Assembly: GCA_021789945.1 (NCBI GenBank)
Contig: JAJYIS010000003.1
Span: 1-55,616, forward strand
Origin: Thermoplasmata archaeon
GTDB lineage: Archaea; Thermoplasmatota; Thermoplasmata; UBA10834
DNA length: 55,616 nt
Direction: 5' to 3'
Shown: positions 38,688-47,574 of the stretch, in pieces
How positions within the stretch are numbered: position 1 is the first letter of the stretch
Layout: each line of letters starts with the position of its first letter
Made by a program: the position numbers and the translations under genes
Notes under the pieces: generated by a model
What the model saw: only the letters and a program-made list of their open reading frames with translations
What the model was told of the DNA's origin: nothing
The model's database searches: none

Positions 38688-40214
38688 CTACTGATAGCCC
38701 CTCTTGTCGTCGTAAACGTGATAGTTCCAGTACTGGTATGGCGAGGACTCCTTCTCGGAGGTGCTCATGTCGGAGGAGATGGCGCCCATGTAGCTGCCGT
38801 ACCTGTCCTTGATCTGCTCCTCGACCGGCCTCGCCCTCTTCAGCGCCTCCTTGATGTGCGCTGGCTCGATCAGTCTCGCCTGCTCGAGCACCGCGATGTC
38901 GCCCGCGGCCCGGATGAGCCCTCCGAGCTCCCTCAGCCTGAGGGTGAGCGACTTGTCCCTGTTGTCCACGAATTTGGCCCTTCTGCGCGCCTCGTCGATC
39001 AGCATCATGATGGAGTCCCTGGACGCGTGCGGTATCTTCGCGTCCATCGTGATCTCCTGAGCCACGAACTGCGCGAGCCTGGACCTGTTCTCCTCGGTGT
39101 CGGGCATGACGGTCTCCACGAGCACCTCGTACCCTCCGCCGTTTATCCTCGACCTGAGGGGCGAGAGTATGTGCGGCAGGTCCTGGATGTTGCACGCGCC
39201 GACGAATATGAAGTCGCATGGGACATTGTCCACCCTCACGCTCGCGCCCGCGCTCTGCGGGTTCCTCCCCGCTATCGGGAACCGCTTCTCCTGCATCGCC
39301 GTGAGCATGAACCTCTGGAGATGGCCAAGGTGCGGGAGCTCGTCTATGAAGAGGACGCCCTGGTGGGCGCTGTGGATCGCGCCCGCGACGACCCTGTCGT
39401 AGGGCTGGGTGCCCAGCTGCGGGTGGCCCCCGTACGGGTCGTGCCTCACGTCCCCGAGCAGCTCGACCTCGCTTGCCCCGGTTGCCAGGACAAACGGGTT
39501 GCGCGTGATCGGCACTATGACCTTCTTCGGGCTCTCCTTCTCCAGCTCGCGCCTCTTCTCGAGGGCCTGCTGGTCGAGGACCTTGATCATCTCGCCTGCG
39601 CGCTCGAAGACGACGACCTCCTCCTTGCCGAACCTCTTCCTCGTGGTCGTGACGCGCTCTCTCCCGACCATCTGGCCCATGGTGACCTCCATGAGCCCTC
39701 CCAGGAGGTCCCCGAACGGGTTGTTCGCGGTGGACTTCACCTGTGCCACCTTCGCCCTCGAGCACTTAGGGCAGAACCCTTCCTTGGGCGACGAGTATGT
39801 CCCGCAGTTCGAGCACCTGTAGCCCAGGCGCTCAGCGACGCTCACAGGGGCCTCCTTGGGGTCGATGTACTCCCCCTCGGCGTACCCCTTCGACTCGAGC
39901 TCCTTCTCGACCTCGTCGATGGACCTGACCTCGACTAGCGGGCGCTCCGGGTTCTCAGGGTTGTGGACGACCCTGATCTCCTCCGTCGGGCGGGCAAGGT
40001 GCAGCGAGAGCGCCTGTGCGATCATCGACTTGCCAGTGCCGGGAGGGCCCACGAGCAGGAAATGCCTCCTCTGGGACGCCGCGATCCTCGCCAGCCTGAC
40101 GGCTTCCTCTTGGCCTATGACCCTTTCAAGGGGGTCCGTCGGGACCTTGATGTCCTCTGAGGATTCGATGTCTTCCAGCAGACTAGCTGTCTTCTCGGGA
40201 GTCATGAAGTTCAA
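38688..40214 (-). CDS. LonB-related AAA+ ATPase lacking protease domain and TM insert, with C4 zinc finger
   Basis: VIGQEEA, GPPGTGKS, LLGDVRHDP, GAIH.AH.GVLFIDE, LRSRI..GYEV, LRLRELGGL; ends ~45 aa after the helical subdomain. Confidence 0.85.
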   Translation of the reverse strand: MNFMTPEKTASLLEDIESSEDIKVPTDPLERVIGQEEAVRLARIAASQRRHFLLVGPPGTGKSMIAQALSLHLARPTEEIRVVHNPENPERPLVEVRSIDEVEKELESKGYAEGEYIDPKEAPVSVAERLGYRCSNCGTYSSPKEGFCPKCSRAKVAQVKSTANNPFGDLLGGLMEVTMGQMVGRERVTTTRKRFGKEEVVVFERAGEMIKVLDQQALEKRRELEKESPKKVIVPITRNPFVLATGASEVELLGDVRHDPYGGHPQLGTQPYDRVVAGAIHSAHQGVLFIDELPHLGHLQRFMLTAMQEKRFPIAGRNPQSAGASVRVDNVPCDFIFVGACNIQDLPHILSPLRSRINGGGYEVLVETVMPDTEENRSRLAQFVAQEITMDAKIPHASRDSIMMLIDEARRRAKFVDNRDKSLTLRLRELGGLIRAAGDIAVLEQARLIEPAHIKEALKRARPVEEQIKDRYGSYMGAISSDMSTSEKESSPYQYWNYHVYDDKRGYQ

Positions 40215-40220
40215 CGGTGC

Positions 40221-41492
40221 TCAGCTGAGGTCTTCCTTCGTCAAGACCTCGACATTTGTCGGGAGCTTGGCGATGTTGCCCAACTTAACACCGACGACCG
40301 CGCTGATATTCTTTTCCACAGCGAGGTCGAGTATCCTCTGGGTGATGATCCCGTCGAGCACGACCGCGGTCACGACCTCGGTCGTCTCCTTGAGCGTGTC
40401 TGCGAGCAGGCTAACATGGACTTCCTTGATGACGTTCCCGGCCTCGCCCATCAGCTTCGCCTTCGACGTGTTGCTCAGCTCTTCAAGGACTCCCTTGTAC
40501 CTGAACTGGTCCGGGTTCAGCCTCTTCCCGGGCTTCTCCTCGACTGGCCTCGGCCTGGGCTGCTCCCTGTGCTTCCCACGGTCGTCCTCGTGCCTGTGCC
40601 TGTCCTGGCGGTCGTCCTCGCGTCTTACCATTTTTTCTCCATTCTTTGTCTGGCCGCCCTGGAGGTTGAGCATTTCTGCGAACTGGTCTCCCGGGACCTT
40701 GTTCCTCAGGCACTTCACGATCTGCTTCTGCGTGAGCTCCTCGACCTCTTGGCCTGCAGGAGCCCTCGAGATGAAGTCTATCTCTGCGACCTGAAGCAGC
40801 TCCCTCAGTATGAGCTCTCCGCCCCTGTCGCCGTCCACGAACGCCGTGACGACCTTCTCCTTCGCGAGGTCGATGATCGTCTGCGGGACGTTCGTCCCCT
40901 CGACCGCGATCACGTTCTTGATGCCGTACTTCAGGAGGTTGATCACATCGGACCGGCCCTCGAGGATTATGATGGCGTCTGAGTCGTCGATGTTCGGGCC
41001 CGCCGGCAGCCTCTCCTTTCCGTAGTGGACGACCTCCTCGATCTGCACGGACTGCCTCACGGAGTCCTCCAGGTCCAGCCCGCTCGTCTTCGAGGCCTTC
41101 AGCATCTCGTTCAGGAGCTTCTTCGCCCTCTCGATTATCTTGTTGCGCTTGGATATCCTGACATCCTCGATCTTCTCTACGGAGATCCTGGCCTTGCACG
41201 GCCCGACCCTGTCGATCGTCTCGAGGGACGATGCCAGGATTGCGGTCTCCACCTGGTCGAGGCTCGAGGGCACATACACCACTCCCTCGGACTTACCCTT
41301 GGTGGCTCCGACCTCCACCTCGATCCTCCCGATCCTTCCGCTCTTCTGAAGGTCCCTGAGGTCGAGCTCGTCGCCCAAAAGCCCTTCCGTCTGCCCGAAG
41401 ATGGCGCCTACGATATCTGGTTTCTCGACTATTCCGTCCGTCGCTAGCCTTGCCTGTATCAAGTATTTCGTTGTACTTGGATCTATGTCCAT
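40221..41492 (-). CDS. dnaG: Archaeal DnaG (TOPRIM; exosome-associated)
   Basis: VGAIFGQTEGLLG..LDLRDLQKSGRIGRI, EGRSDV, DGDRGG. Confidence 0.95.
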   Translation of the reverse strand: MDIDPSTTKYLIQARLATDGIVEKPDIVGAIFGQTEGLLGDELDLRDLQKSGRIGRIEVEVGATKGKSEGVVYVPSSLDQVETAILASSLETIDRVGPCKARISVEKIEDVRISKRNKIIERAKKLLNEMLKASKTSGLDLEDSVRQSVQIEEVVHYGKERLPAGPNIDDSDAIIILEGRSDVINLLKYGIKNVIAVEGTNVPQTIIDLAKEKVVTAFVDGDRGGELILRELLQVAEIDFISRAPAGQEVEELTQKQIVKCLRNKVPGDQFAEMLNLQGGQTKNGEKMVRREDDRQDRHRHEDDRGKHREQPRPRPVEEKPGKRLNPDQFRYKGVLEELSNTSKAKLMGEAGNVIKEVHVSLLADTLKETTEVVTAVVLDGIITQRILDLAVEKNISAVVGVKLGNIAKLPTNVEVLTKEDLS

Positions 41493-41745
41493 CGTACCTA
41501 CCTCTCTTCGAAAAACAGCGTTGCCAACTCCCTGCCGCTCCTTCGGCCGAATCGCCCTGCAGTGCCGGGCGCGTTCTGCCAGCGGCCGTTGACAGACATC
41601 TATTCAATGGAGACCTGGAGGCGCTCGACGAGCGGGGCCAGGGCCCCGAAGACACTCATTTGATACTTGGGATGATATGTCAGATTGAGATTTGATGCGC
41701 TGTTCTTCGGAACTATTATCGCGCCACTGATTAAATACTTTTCGA
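41493..41745 (-). promoter_or_regulatory. dnaG promoter and putative structured 5' leader RNA
   Basis: BRE/TATA CGAAAAGTATTTAA (~41744-41731); 12-bp closing helix 41709-41698 with 41520-41509; internal hairpins; GAGGT SD. Confidence 0.55.
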
Positions 41746-41809
41746 TACGCCCTATAAAATTCGAGAACGAGCCGGCCAGTATGTCGGAGCCGGCTGTCCG
41801 GCCGCCCTG

Positions 41810-42019
41810 TCAGCCCCCGGAGACCACGGCAACCAGTTTGACCTCGTCCCCGTCCTCCAGCACCTCGTCGAGTGGAATCGGTGCCCGGTCCTTGACCGCA
41901 ATCCATGCGTCCGGGAAGAGTTTGAGGGACCTGATTAGGCCCTCGACGGTCGTGCCCTCTTCGACCTCGACCGTCTCCGTCCTCTTCCTGGTGGGAAGCA
42001 TTTGGACCTTGATCCTCAT
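41810..42019 (-). CDS. Ubiquitin-like sulfur carrier (SAMP/ThiS/MoaD family)
   Basis: 69 aa beta-grasp-like sequence, L.DGDEV, C-terminal VSGG. Confidence 0.9.
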   Translation of the reverse strand: MRIKVQMLPTRKRTETVEVEEGTTVEGLIRSLKLFPDAWIAVKDRAPIPLDEVLEDGDEVKLVAVVSGG

Positions 42020-42129
42020 GTGATTCGCGGGGACGGTTATCAAATGGTTTGGGATAACTCTTTGCCAAGCAGACGGCGCGCCGTCCGCCGGGCTGCATCA
42101 TGGACCCATGAGTGCGGCCTTCGGGGCCT

Positions 42130-43473
42130 CTAGTGTCGCCTTAGCACGATGAACAGCGCCAATGCTACCAGGGCCGCCTCTGAAGAGCCGATGACGAGCC
42201 AGATCACAGAATCCGGGATCGGGTTGCTGGATGCTTGGGTTCCTAACACGGCGATCGTGACGGTGTCGTTATCCGACCTCGCCTCCGCATCCATCACGGT
42301 AAGGGTTATGACATACCTGCCTGGCGTGACGAAATGGAACATCGGCTTCTGGCCAAACATGAGCTCCCACGTTCCATTGTAACGGAACTTCCAGATGTAA
42401 CCCATATCTGCAATGTCACCAACGCTCCCCGAGCCGTTGAACCGGAACCACGTTCCGGAAGAGATAGTCTCGTCAGCTCCCGCCTCGGCCATCGGCAACC
42501 TGCCTCCAGGGCCAGTCACCTGGACTGTGAGTGAGTCCGACCCCAACGGATTCATCCACTCGTCCTTGATTGTCAGAATGACAACATAGGTTCCAGTCTT
42601 GTTGAACGTATAATTGGCGACCATTCCGGACAGAATGACGGGAGAATCGACCACCAACATCCACTCGCAGTACGCTGTCGGCACGTAGACATCCGATGCC
42701 GAGCCGTTGAACGTCACCGCCTCCCCGACTGCCACCGTCTGGTTGGGACCCGCTTCGATCAAGCCGGGCCATGGCATGCTCTCGACGTACACACACATCT
42801 GGTCGGAGGCGTTCAGTCCGCCTGAATCGGTCACGGTCAGGCTGACGACGTATGATCCGATGGTGCTGAAGACATAGCACGCCGTGCACCCCCAGAGTCT
42901 GACGGGAGTCCCGCAGTCCTCAAAGGTCCAGAGGTAGTCGATGATGCCGACATCATCCGAGGACATCGAGCCATCAAACACGATCGACTGGCCAACGGCA
43001 GTGCGACTGTCAGGCCCGGCTTCAACGATCGGAGGGGAGTTGGGGCCGGTCGATGGCAATACGGTAATCGTGACGGAAGTCGTGTTGGACGATCCCCAAC
43101 AGTTCCGGACTGTCAGCCAAACAACGTAGGTCCCCGTCTTGTTGAACATCTCGATGACAATCATGCCGAAGACATCTCTTGTCTCGTTGCTGACAATGTA
43201 GGACCATTCCCAAGATATGACGAAATACTCATCTGTCGAGGCCGATGCGTCAAGGGTGACCTTGTTCCCCACGATGACAGTAGTAGGGTTCGCAGAAGCG
43301 ACTGCCACTGGGGGGGAGTGCTCTGTTGTCTCCTGCGCGACACATCTCGACGGGACCGTGCCAGGGTCTCCTGGGATTCCGGCGATTCCCGGAAGGATGA
43401 ACGAGGACGCCATCATCAGGGCGAGCGAGGCCCTGATTACCCCAGCTGACTCCATGCCTCCGTCGCCCCCCAT
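42130..43473 (-). CDS. PKD-repeat cell-surface protein
   Basis: Four PKD-like repeats (e.g. AGPD..V..FDGS.S.D..W.F..G.Y.V.LTV.D), signal peptide, C-terminal TM plus RRH. Confidence 0.85.
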   Translation of the reverse strand: MGGDGGMESAGVIRASLALMMASSFILPGIAGIPGDPGTVPSRCVAQETTEHSPPVAVASANPTTVIVGNKVTLDASASTDEYFVISWEWSYIVSNETRDVFGMIVIEMFNKTGTYVVWLTVRNCWGSSNTTSVTITVLPSTGPNSPPIVEAGPDSRTAVGQSIVFDGSMSSDDVGIIDYLWTFEDCGTPVRLWGCTACYVFSTIGSYVVSLTVTDSGGLNASDQMCVYVESMPWPGLIEAGPNQTVAVGEAVTFNGSASDVYVPTAYCEWMLVVDSPVILSGMVANYTFNKTGTYVVILTIKDEWMNPLGSDSLTVQVTGPGGRLPMAEAGADETISSGTWFRFNGSGSVGDIADMGYIWKFRYNGTWELMFGQKPMFHFVTPGRYVITLTVMDAEARSDNDTVTIAVLGTQASSNPIPDSVIWLVIGSSEAALVALALFIVLRRH

Positions 43474-43669
43474 CGAGAAACATCATTCGCGCGCCTCCTA
43501 AAGAACTTGGTGGACCTGGACGACCGCGAGGGCTCTCCAGCCCGCGTTCCCTGATGTACTGTCAGGCACAGGGTCCGTCCTCTGATCATCGCATCTGACC
43601 TGCGATGTGAGTTGATGAAAATGAAATATACTTGGCCCGTAATCCTTGGCCAAACAATCCAGCAGCACT

Positions 43670-43756
43670 GCCGAGGTAGCTAAGCTCGGTTTAAGGCGGT
43701 AGCCTCGAGAGCTACTGGTGCTCGTCACCACGGGAGTTCAAATCTCCCCCTCGGCG
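43670..43756 (+). tRNA. tRNA-Ser (anticodon CGA), intronless, long variable arm
   Basis: Acceptor GCCGAGG/CCTCGGC, anticodon arm GTAGC-CTCGAGA-GCTAC, variable arm TGGTG-CTCGT-CACCA, T arm GGGAG-TTCAAAT-CTCCC, discriminator G. Confidence 0.95.
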
Positions 43757-43823
43757 CCTCGTCGTTCTCCCGCTCTTATTTGGCAGAGGTTAATTACGGG
43801 TCGGAGCATTCAACCTCGTTATA

Positions 43824-45050
43824 ATGGCCCCGAAGAAGATGCTGATGATCGTCTGCGACGGCCTCTCGGACAGGCAGGTCAAGCAGTTCGACATGAAGAC
43901 CCCGCTCCAGGCGGCCCGGAAGCCTGCCATGGACGCGCTAGCTAGGCACGGGATAAGCGGTCTCATGGACGTCATCGCCCCGGGGGTGATCCCGGGCAGC
44001 GACACCGCCCACTTGGCGCTCTTCGGGTACGACCCGTACAAGGTCTACACGGGTCGAGGGCCAATCGAGGCCGCGGGCGCCGGCATCCAGCTGAGGCCCG
44101 GCGATGTCGCCTTCAGGTGCAACTTCGCGACCGCGACGAGGGATCTCGTCGTGACGGACAGGCGCGCTGGACGTATCAGGACCGGTACTGCGGACCTCGC
44201 GAAGGCGCTCGATGGCATGAGCATTGAGGGCACATCCGTGATGTTCAAGGAGGGCTCCGAGCACAGGGGGGTCCTCGTGCTGCGAGGAGACGGGCTCGAC
44301 TACAGGGTGACGGATGTCGACCCTCACCAGGACGGCAAGATCCTGGAGTCCAGAGCGATGGTCCCGGAGGCCAAGAAGACAGCCGCCGCCCTGAACGAGT
44401 TCGTGAGGAGGTCGTACGGCGTTCTCTCGGGACATCCCGTGAACATCGAGCGGAAGAAGCAGGGCCTGCCTCCGGCGAACATAATCCTCCCGAGGGGCGC
44501 GGGGAGCACCAAGGACCTCGAGCCGATGTCCCAGAGATACGGCCTGAAGTGCGCGGCCGTCGCGGGCGTCGGGCTGGTCAAGGGCATCTGCCGGATGGTA
44601 GGCATGGACGTTCCGGACATAAAGGGGGCGACCGGCGGGCTCGACACGGACTACAAGGCGAAGGGAGAGGCCGCGATCAAGCTCATCGGGACGAACGACT
44701 TCGTTTTCATGAACATCAAGGCTGGGGACATCGCGAGCCATGACGGCGAATTCGGCATGAAGGTGAGCGTGGTCGAGAACATCGACATGATGCTCGGATA
44801 CGTCCTGAAGGACGCGCCCGAAGACCTCGTGATCGCGCTCACGTGCGACCACTCGACCCCGGTCTCCCTCAAGGACCACAGCGCGGACCCCGTCCCCGTG
44901 ACCATCTCTGGAGGAGGCGCAAGGGTGGACGGCGTCCGGGAATTCGACGAGGTGTCCGCAGCTTCCGGGGCGCTCGGCAGGATGAGGGGAATGGACCTCA
45001 TGCCCACATTGATGGGCATCGCGGACCGCGCGAAGAAGTTCGGGGCCTAG
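43824..45050 (+). CDS. apgM: 2,3-BPG-independent phosphoglycerate mutase, archaeal type
   Basis: DGL.DR, TPLQ.A..P, PGSDTAHL, GRGPIEA, D.ASHDG, DHSTP..HS.DPVP. Confidence 0.93.
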   Translation: MAPKKMLMIVCDGLSDRQVKQFDMKTPLQAARKPAMDALARHGISGLMDVIAPGVIPGSDTAHLALFGYDPYKVYTGRGPIEAAGAGIQLRPGDVAFRCNFATATRDLVVTDRRAGRIRTGTADLAKALDGMSIEGTSVMFKEGSEHRGVLVLRGDGLDYRVTDVDPHQDGKILESRAMVPEAKKTAAALNEFVRRSYGVLSGHPVNIERKKQGLPPANIILPRGAGSTKDLEPMSQRYGLKCAAVAGVGLVKGICRMVGMDVPDIKGATGGLDTDYKAKGEAAIKLIGTNDFVFMNIKAGDIASHDGEFGMKVSVVENIDMMLGYVLKDAPEDLVIALTCDHSTPVSLKDHSADPVPVTISGGGARVDGVREFDEVSAASGALGRMRGMDLMPTLMGIADRAKKFGA

Positions 45051-45065
45051 ACTCGAGTCGACCCT

Positions 45066-45344
45066 TCAGGCCGCTAGCGACTCGTTTATCATGTCTTCCT
45101 GGACATGTCCAATGATCCTTATGTCCGCCTTCTTGACCCCTGAGAGCTCCAGGACCCTGCGCTTGATGTTCATTGCCAAGTGGATGCCCAGCGGGCAGAA
45201 CGGGGAGGTCGGCCTGAAGGTGAGGCTGACCGTGTCCTTCGAGACCTTGAGCTCGGAGATGAGCCCCATGTCGTAGACGCTCACGTTGCTGTGTGGATCT
45301 ATTATCTCCTTCAGCGCTGAAATGACCTCTTGTTCGCTCGGCAT
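45066..45344 (-). CDS. DUF59/MIP18 (SufT-like) metal-sulfur cluster assembly factor
   Basis: ALKEIIDP, SVYDMGLI, PTSPFCP; ATG at 45344. Confidence 0.88.
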   Translation of the reverse strand: MPSEQEVISALKEIIDPHSNVSVYDMGLISELKVSKDTVSLTFRPTSPFCPLGIHLAMNIKRRVLELSGVKKADIRIIGHVQEDMINESLAA

Positions 45345-45456
45345 CTGCAGATCTCCTCTCTCTGTCCCCTCTTGTCCCAAGTGTCATCAAACACAGCTCT
45401 TGGTATGAATCTAGCGACTGATTCGGACGGTATCCAAGCCAGCTCTGACCCGGCCC

Positions 45457-46098
45457 TCATACTCCCTGCCTCTGTTTCTTGAAGTAGTCGAGGACGATCT
45501 TCCTCTGGCCCTTCCTGAGTATCTCGGACAGCGTCGAGGGCGAGACGTCGAACATCTTCGCCAGGTCCCTCAGGCTTATCCGCTTCGGGTAGTCGAAGTA
45601 GCCCCTCTCGAAGGCCACATGCGTGATCTTGTCCTGCCTGTCCGTGAGGGTCTCCTTGTCGTCGATCTTGGTGAGCTTCACGAGTTCGGTCTCGACCCCC
45701 TTGCTCTTCAGGTGGTCGAAGATGCCCTTCAGGACTTCCTTGTCGGACAACACCAGCGTCCACTCGACCTTGCCGTTCCCCTTCGTCTCGGCAGATATCA
45801 GGAAGACGTCAGCGTCCGTGAGGATTCTGCAGATCTCGCATCGCGAGGTGGTCACTGAACCGAAGACCTTCCCCTTGTTGGTGGTCGTGGCATCGACGTT
45901 GGAGACCAGCGGGTTCTTCTTGATGTCCTTGAGGACCTCTTCCATGACATCCTCAGGGCCGGCGATCTCCACGAGGTCCTTGACGCCTTTCTCGGAGTAT
46001 GGGATCCGCTCGATGACCTTGATCGTTACAGGATGCTTTTCTGGAATCTCGCTCATCCAATTCTGCGGGATCTTGAGCGAGATTACTGCTTCCATCAT
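45457..46098 (-). CDS. Transcriptional regulator with C-terminal Bat-like HTH_10 domain
   Basis: LTDRQ..AFERGYFDYPKRI.L.DLA....S.STLSE.LRKG. Confidence 0.88.
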   Translation of the reverse strand: MMEAVISLKIPQNWMSEIPEKHPVTIKVIERIPYSEKGVKDLVEIAGPEDVMEEVLKDIKKNPLVSNVDATTTNKGKVFGSVTTSRCEICRILTDADVFLISAETKGNGKVEWTLVLSDKEVLKGIFDHLKSKGVETELVKLTKIDDKETLTDRQDKITHVAFERGYFDYPKRISLRDLAKMFDVSPSTLSEILRKGQRKIVLDYFKKQRQGV

Positions 46099-46256
46099 AT
46101 GGATTCGCCCCGGGACGAATTGACCAGTTGCTGAGAAGGGGTATACCGTATATCAATATTGAGGTCTCGGGGTCCCTGCGTTCCCAGACCGCGTGGCACT
46201 TTCGCTCTGCCAACGAATCTCCTTATTAATGCAGTCGCAGATGACAATGGCCAAGG

Positions 46257-47570
46257 ATGGAGCTTTCTCAGTTCAGCCGCTCAGCCACGATGCTTGATTC
46301 GCCCGCGCTCTTCGACGAGATACTCTCGCTCGAGGACATCTCCAGGACTTCCTCTCGATGCGTGTACTGCAAGGGCTCGAAGATGCTCTGCGGGAAGGAG
46401 CGATGCTCGGTCATAGCCAGGTTCTACTCGACCTCCAGGGCCAGGGAGAGGATAGACCGGCTGAGCCTGGACGGCGCCTCTCCTCCCAGCGTGTTCGTGG
46501 GGAGGTTCGGGTACCCGAGCGTCTCCGTCGGTCCGATGATCCCCCCGTACCACGGCGACACCTCTCTGATGGATACCCCTGAGCGGTGGGTCGGCCTCGG
46601 AATCGACGACATAATCGACTTCAGGTCGAACCTCGTTCGGGGCATGCACAGCGTGGACATCCACGATGTGGACAACTCTAACAAGCTGATCGTCAAGACC
46701 AGAGAGCTCGCCCTCGCGAGGAACCCACCTGAGGCCGTGGCCGAGTTCAAGAAGAAGCCCGCAGGCAGGCTGACCGTGGACGACGACGTGCAGCCGTTCG
46801 GGCCATCCGCGCCGCTGGTCAAGTTCGACCTTTCGAACTTCAGGTTCGACCAGCGACTGGAGAAGGCCTTTTACGACACCGATCTCAAGGCCAGGGAAGC
46901 GCTGGTCTCACTCTACAAGGACGGCTCGCTCCTCTCCCAGATACAACGGGCGTTCAGCGTTGGCGCGTTCGGCGTCGGCAAGAGGAGGAAGTTCGTCCCC
47001 ACCAGGTGGAGCATAACCGCGGTCGACTCGAACCTCGGGCTCCACCTGCTCGAGACCACGAAGACCTTCCCGACCATCAACGAGTACCGGATCTACGAGG
47101 CCAATCATCTGGACAACAGGTGGGCGATTCTGATGATGCCTTCTTCCTGGAGGTACGAGCTGATCGAGGCATGGTACCCGAACACGGCCTGGAACCCTCA
47201 CAGCGACAGGATTGCCATCATGTCGGACCACGAGTTCTTCGACGGCCGGAAGGACTATGCCAGCATCGGAGGCTGCTACTACGCCGCTCGGCTGGCCGTG
47301 AACGAGCTCATGCAGAAGGAGCGCAGGCAGGCCGGAGTGTCGATCCTTCGGGAGGCCCATCCTGGGTACATACTTCCGGTGGGCGTGTGGAACGTCCGCG
47401 AGAACGTCCGCGCTGCGCTGAGGACTGAGCCAAGGAGGTTCCTCACGATGAAGGATGCGCTGACCCATGTGTCGACCATCATGGACATCCCCGTCTCGAG
47501 ATGGATCAGGAACAGCGCCATCCTCAAGGACGCCCTCTATCAGAGGCGCGTGGACGACGCATGGAGCTGA
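46257..47570 (+). CDS. nreA: Nre family DNA repair protein
   Basis: C..CKG.K.LCG...C, SPPSVFVGR.GYP, VPTRWSITAVD, GGCYYAARL, Y.LPVGVW..RE. Confidence 0.9.
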   Translation: MELSQFSRSATMLDSPALFDEILSLEDISRTSSRCVYCKGSKMLCGKERCSVIARFYSTSRARERIDRLSLDGASPPSVFVGRFGYPSVSVGPMIPPYHGDTSLMDTPERWVGLGIDDIIDFRSNLVRGMHSVDIHDVDNSNKLIVKTRELALARNPPEAVAEFKKKPAGRLTVDDDVQPFGPSAPLVKFDLSNFRFDQRLEKAFYDTDLKAREALVSLYKDGSLLSQIQRAFSVGAFGVGKRRKFVPTRWSITAVDSNLGLHLLETTKTFPTINEYRIYEANHLDNRWAILMMPSSWRYELIEAWYPNTAWNPHSDRIAIMSDHEFFDGRKDYASIGGCYYAARLAVNELMQKERRQAGVSILREAHPGYILPVGVWNVRENVRAALRTEPRRFLTMKDALTHVSTIMDIPVSRWIRNSAILKDALYQRRVDDAWS

Positions 47571-47574
47571 GCTC

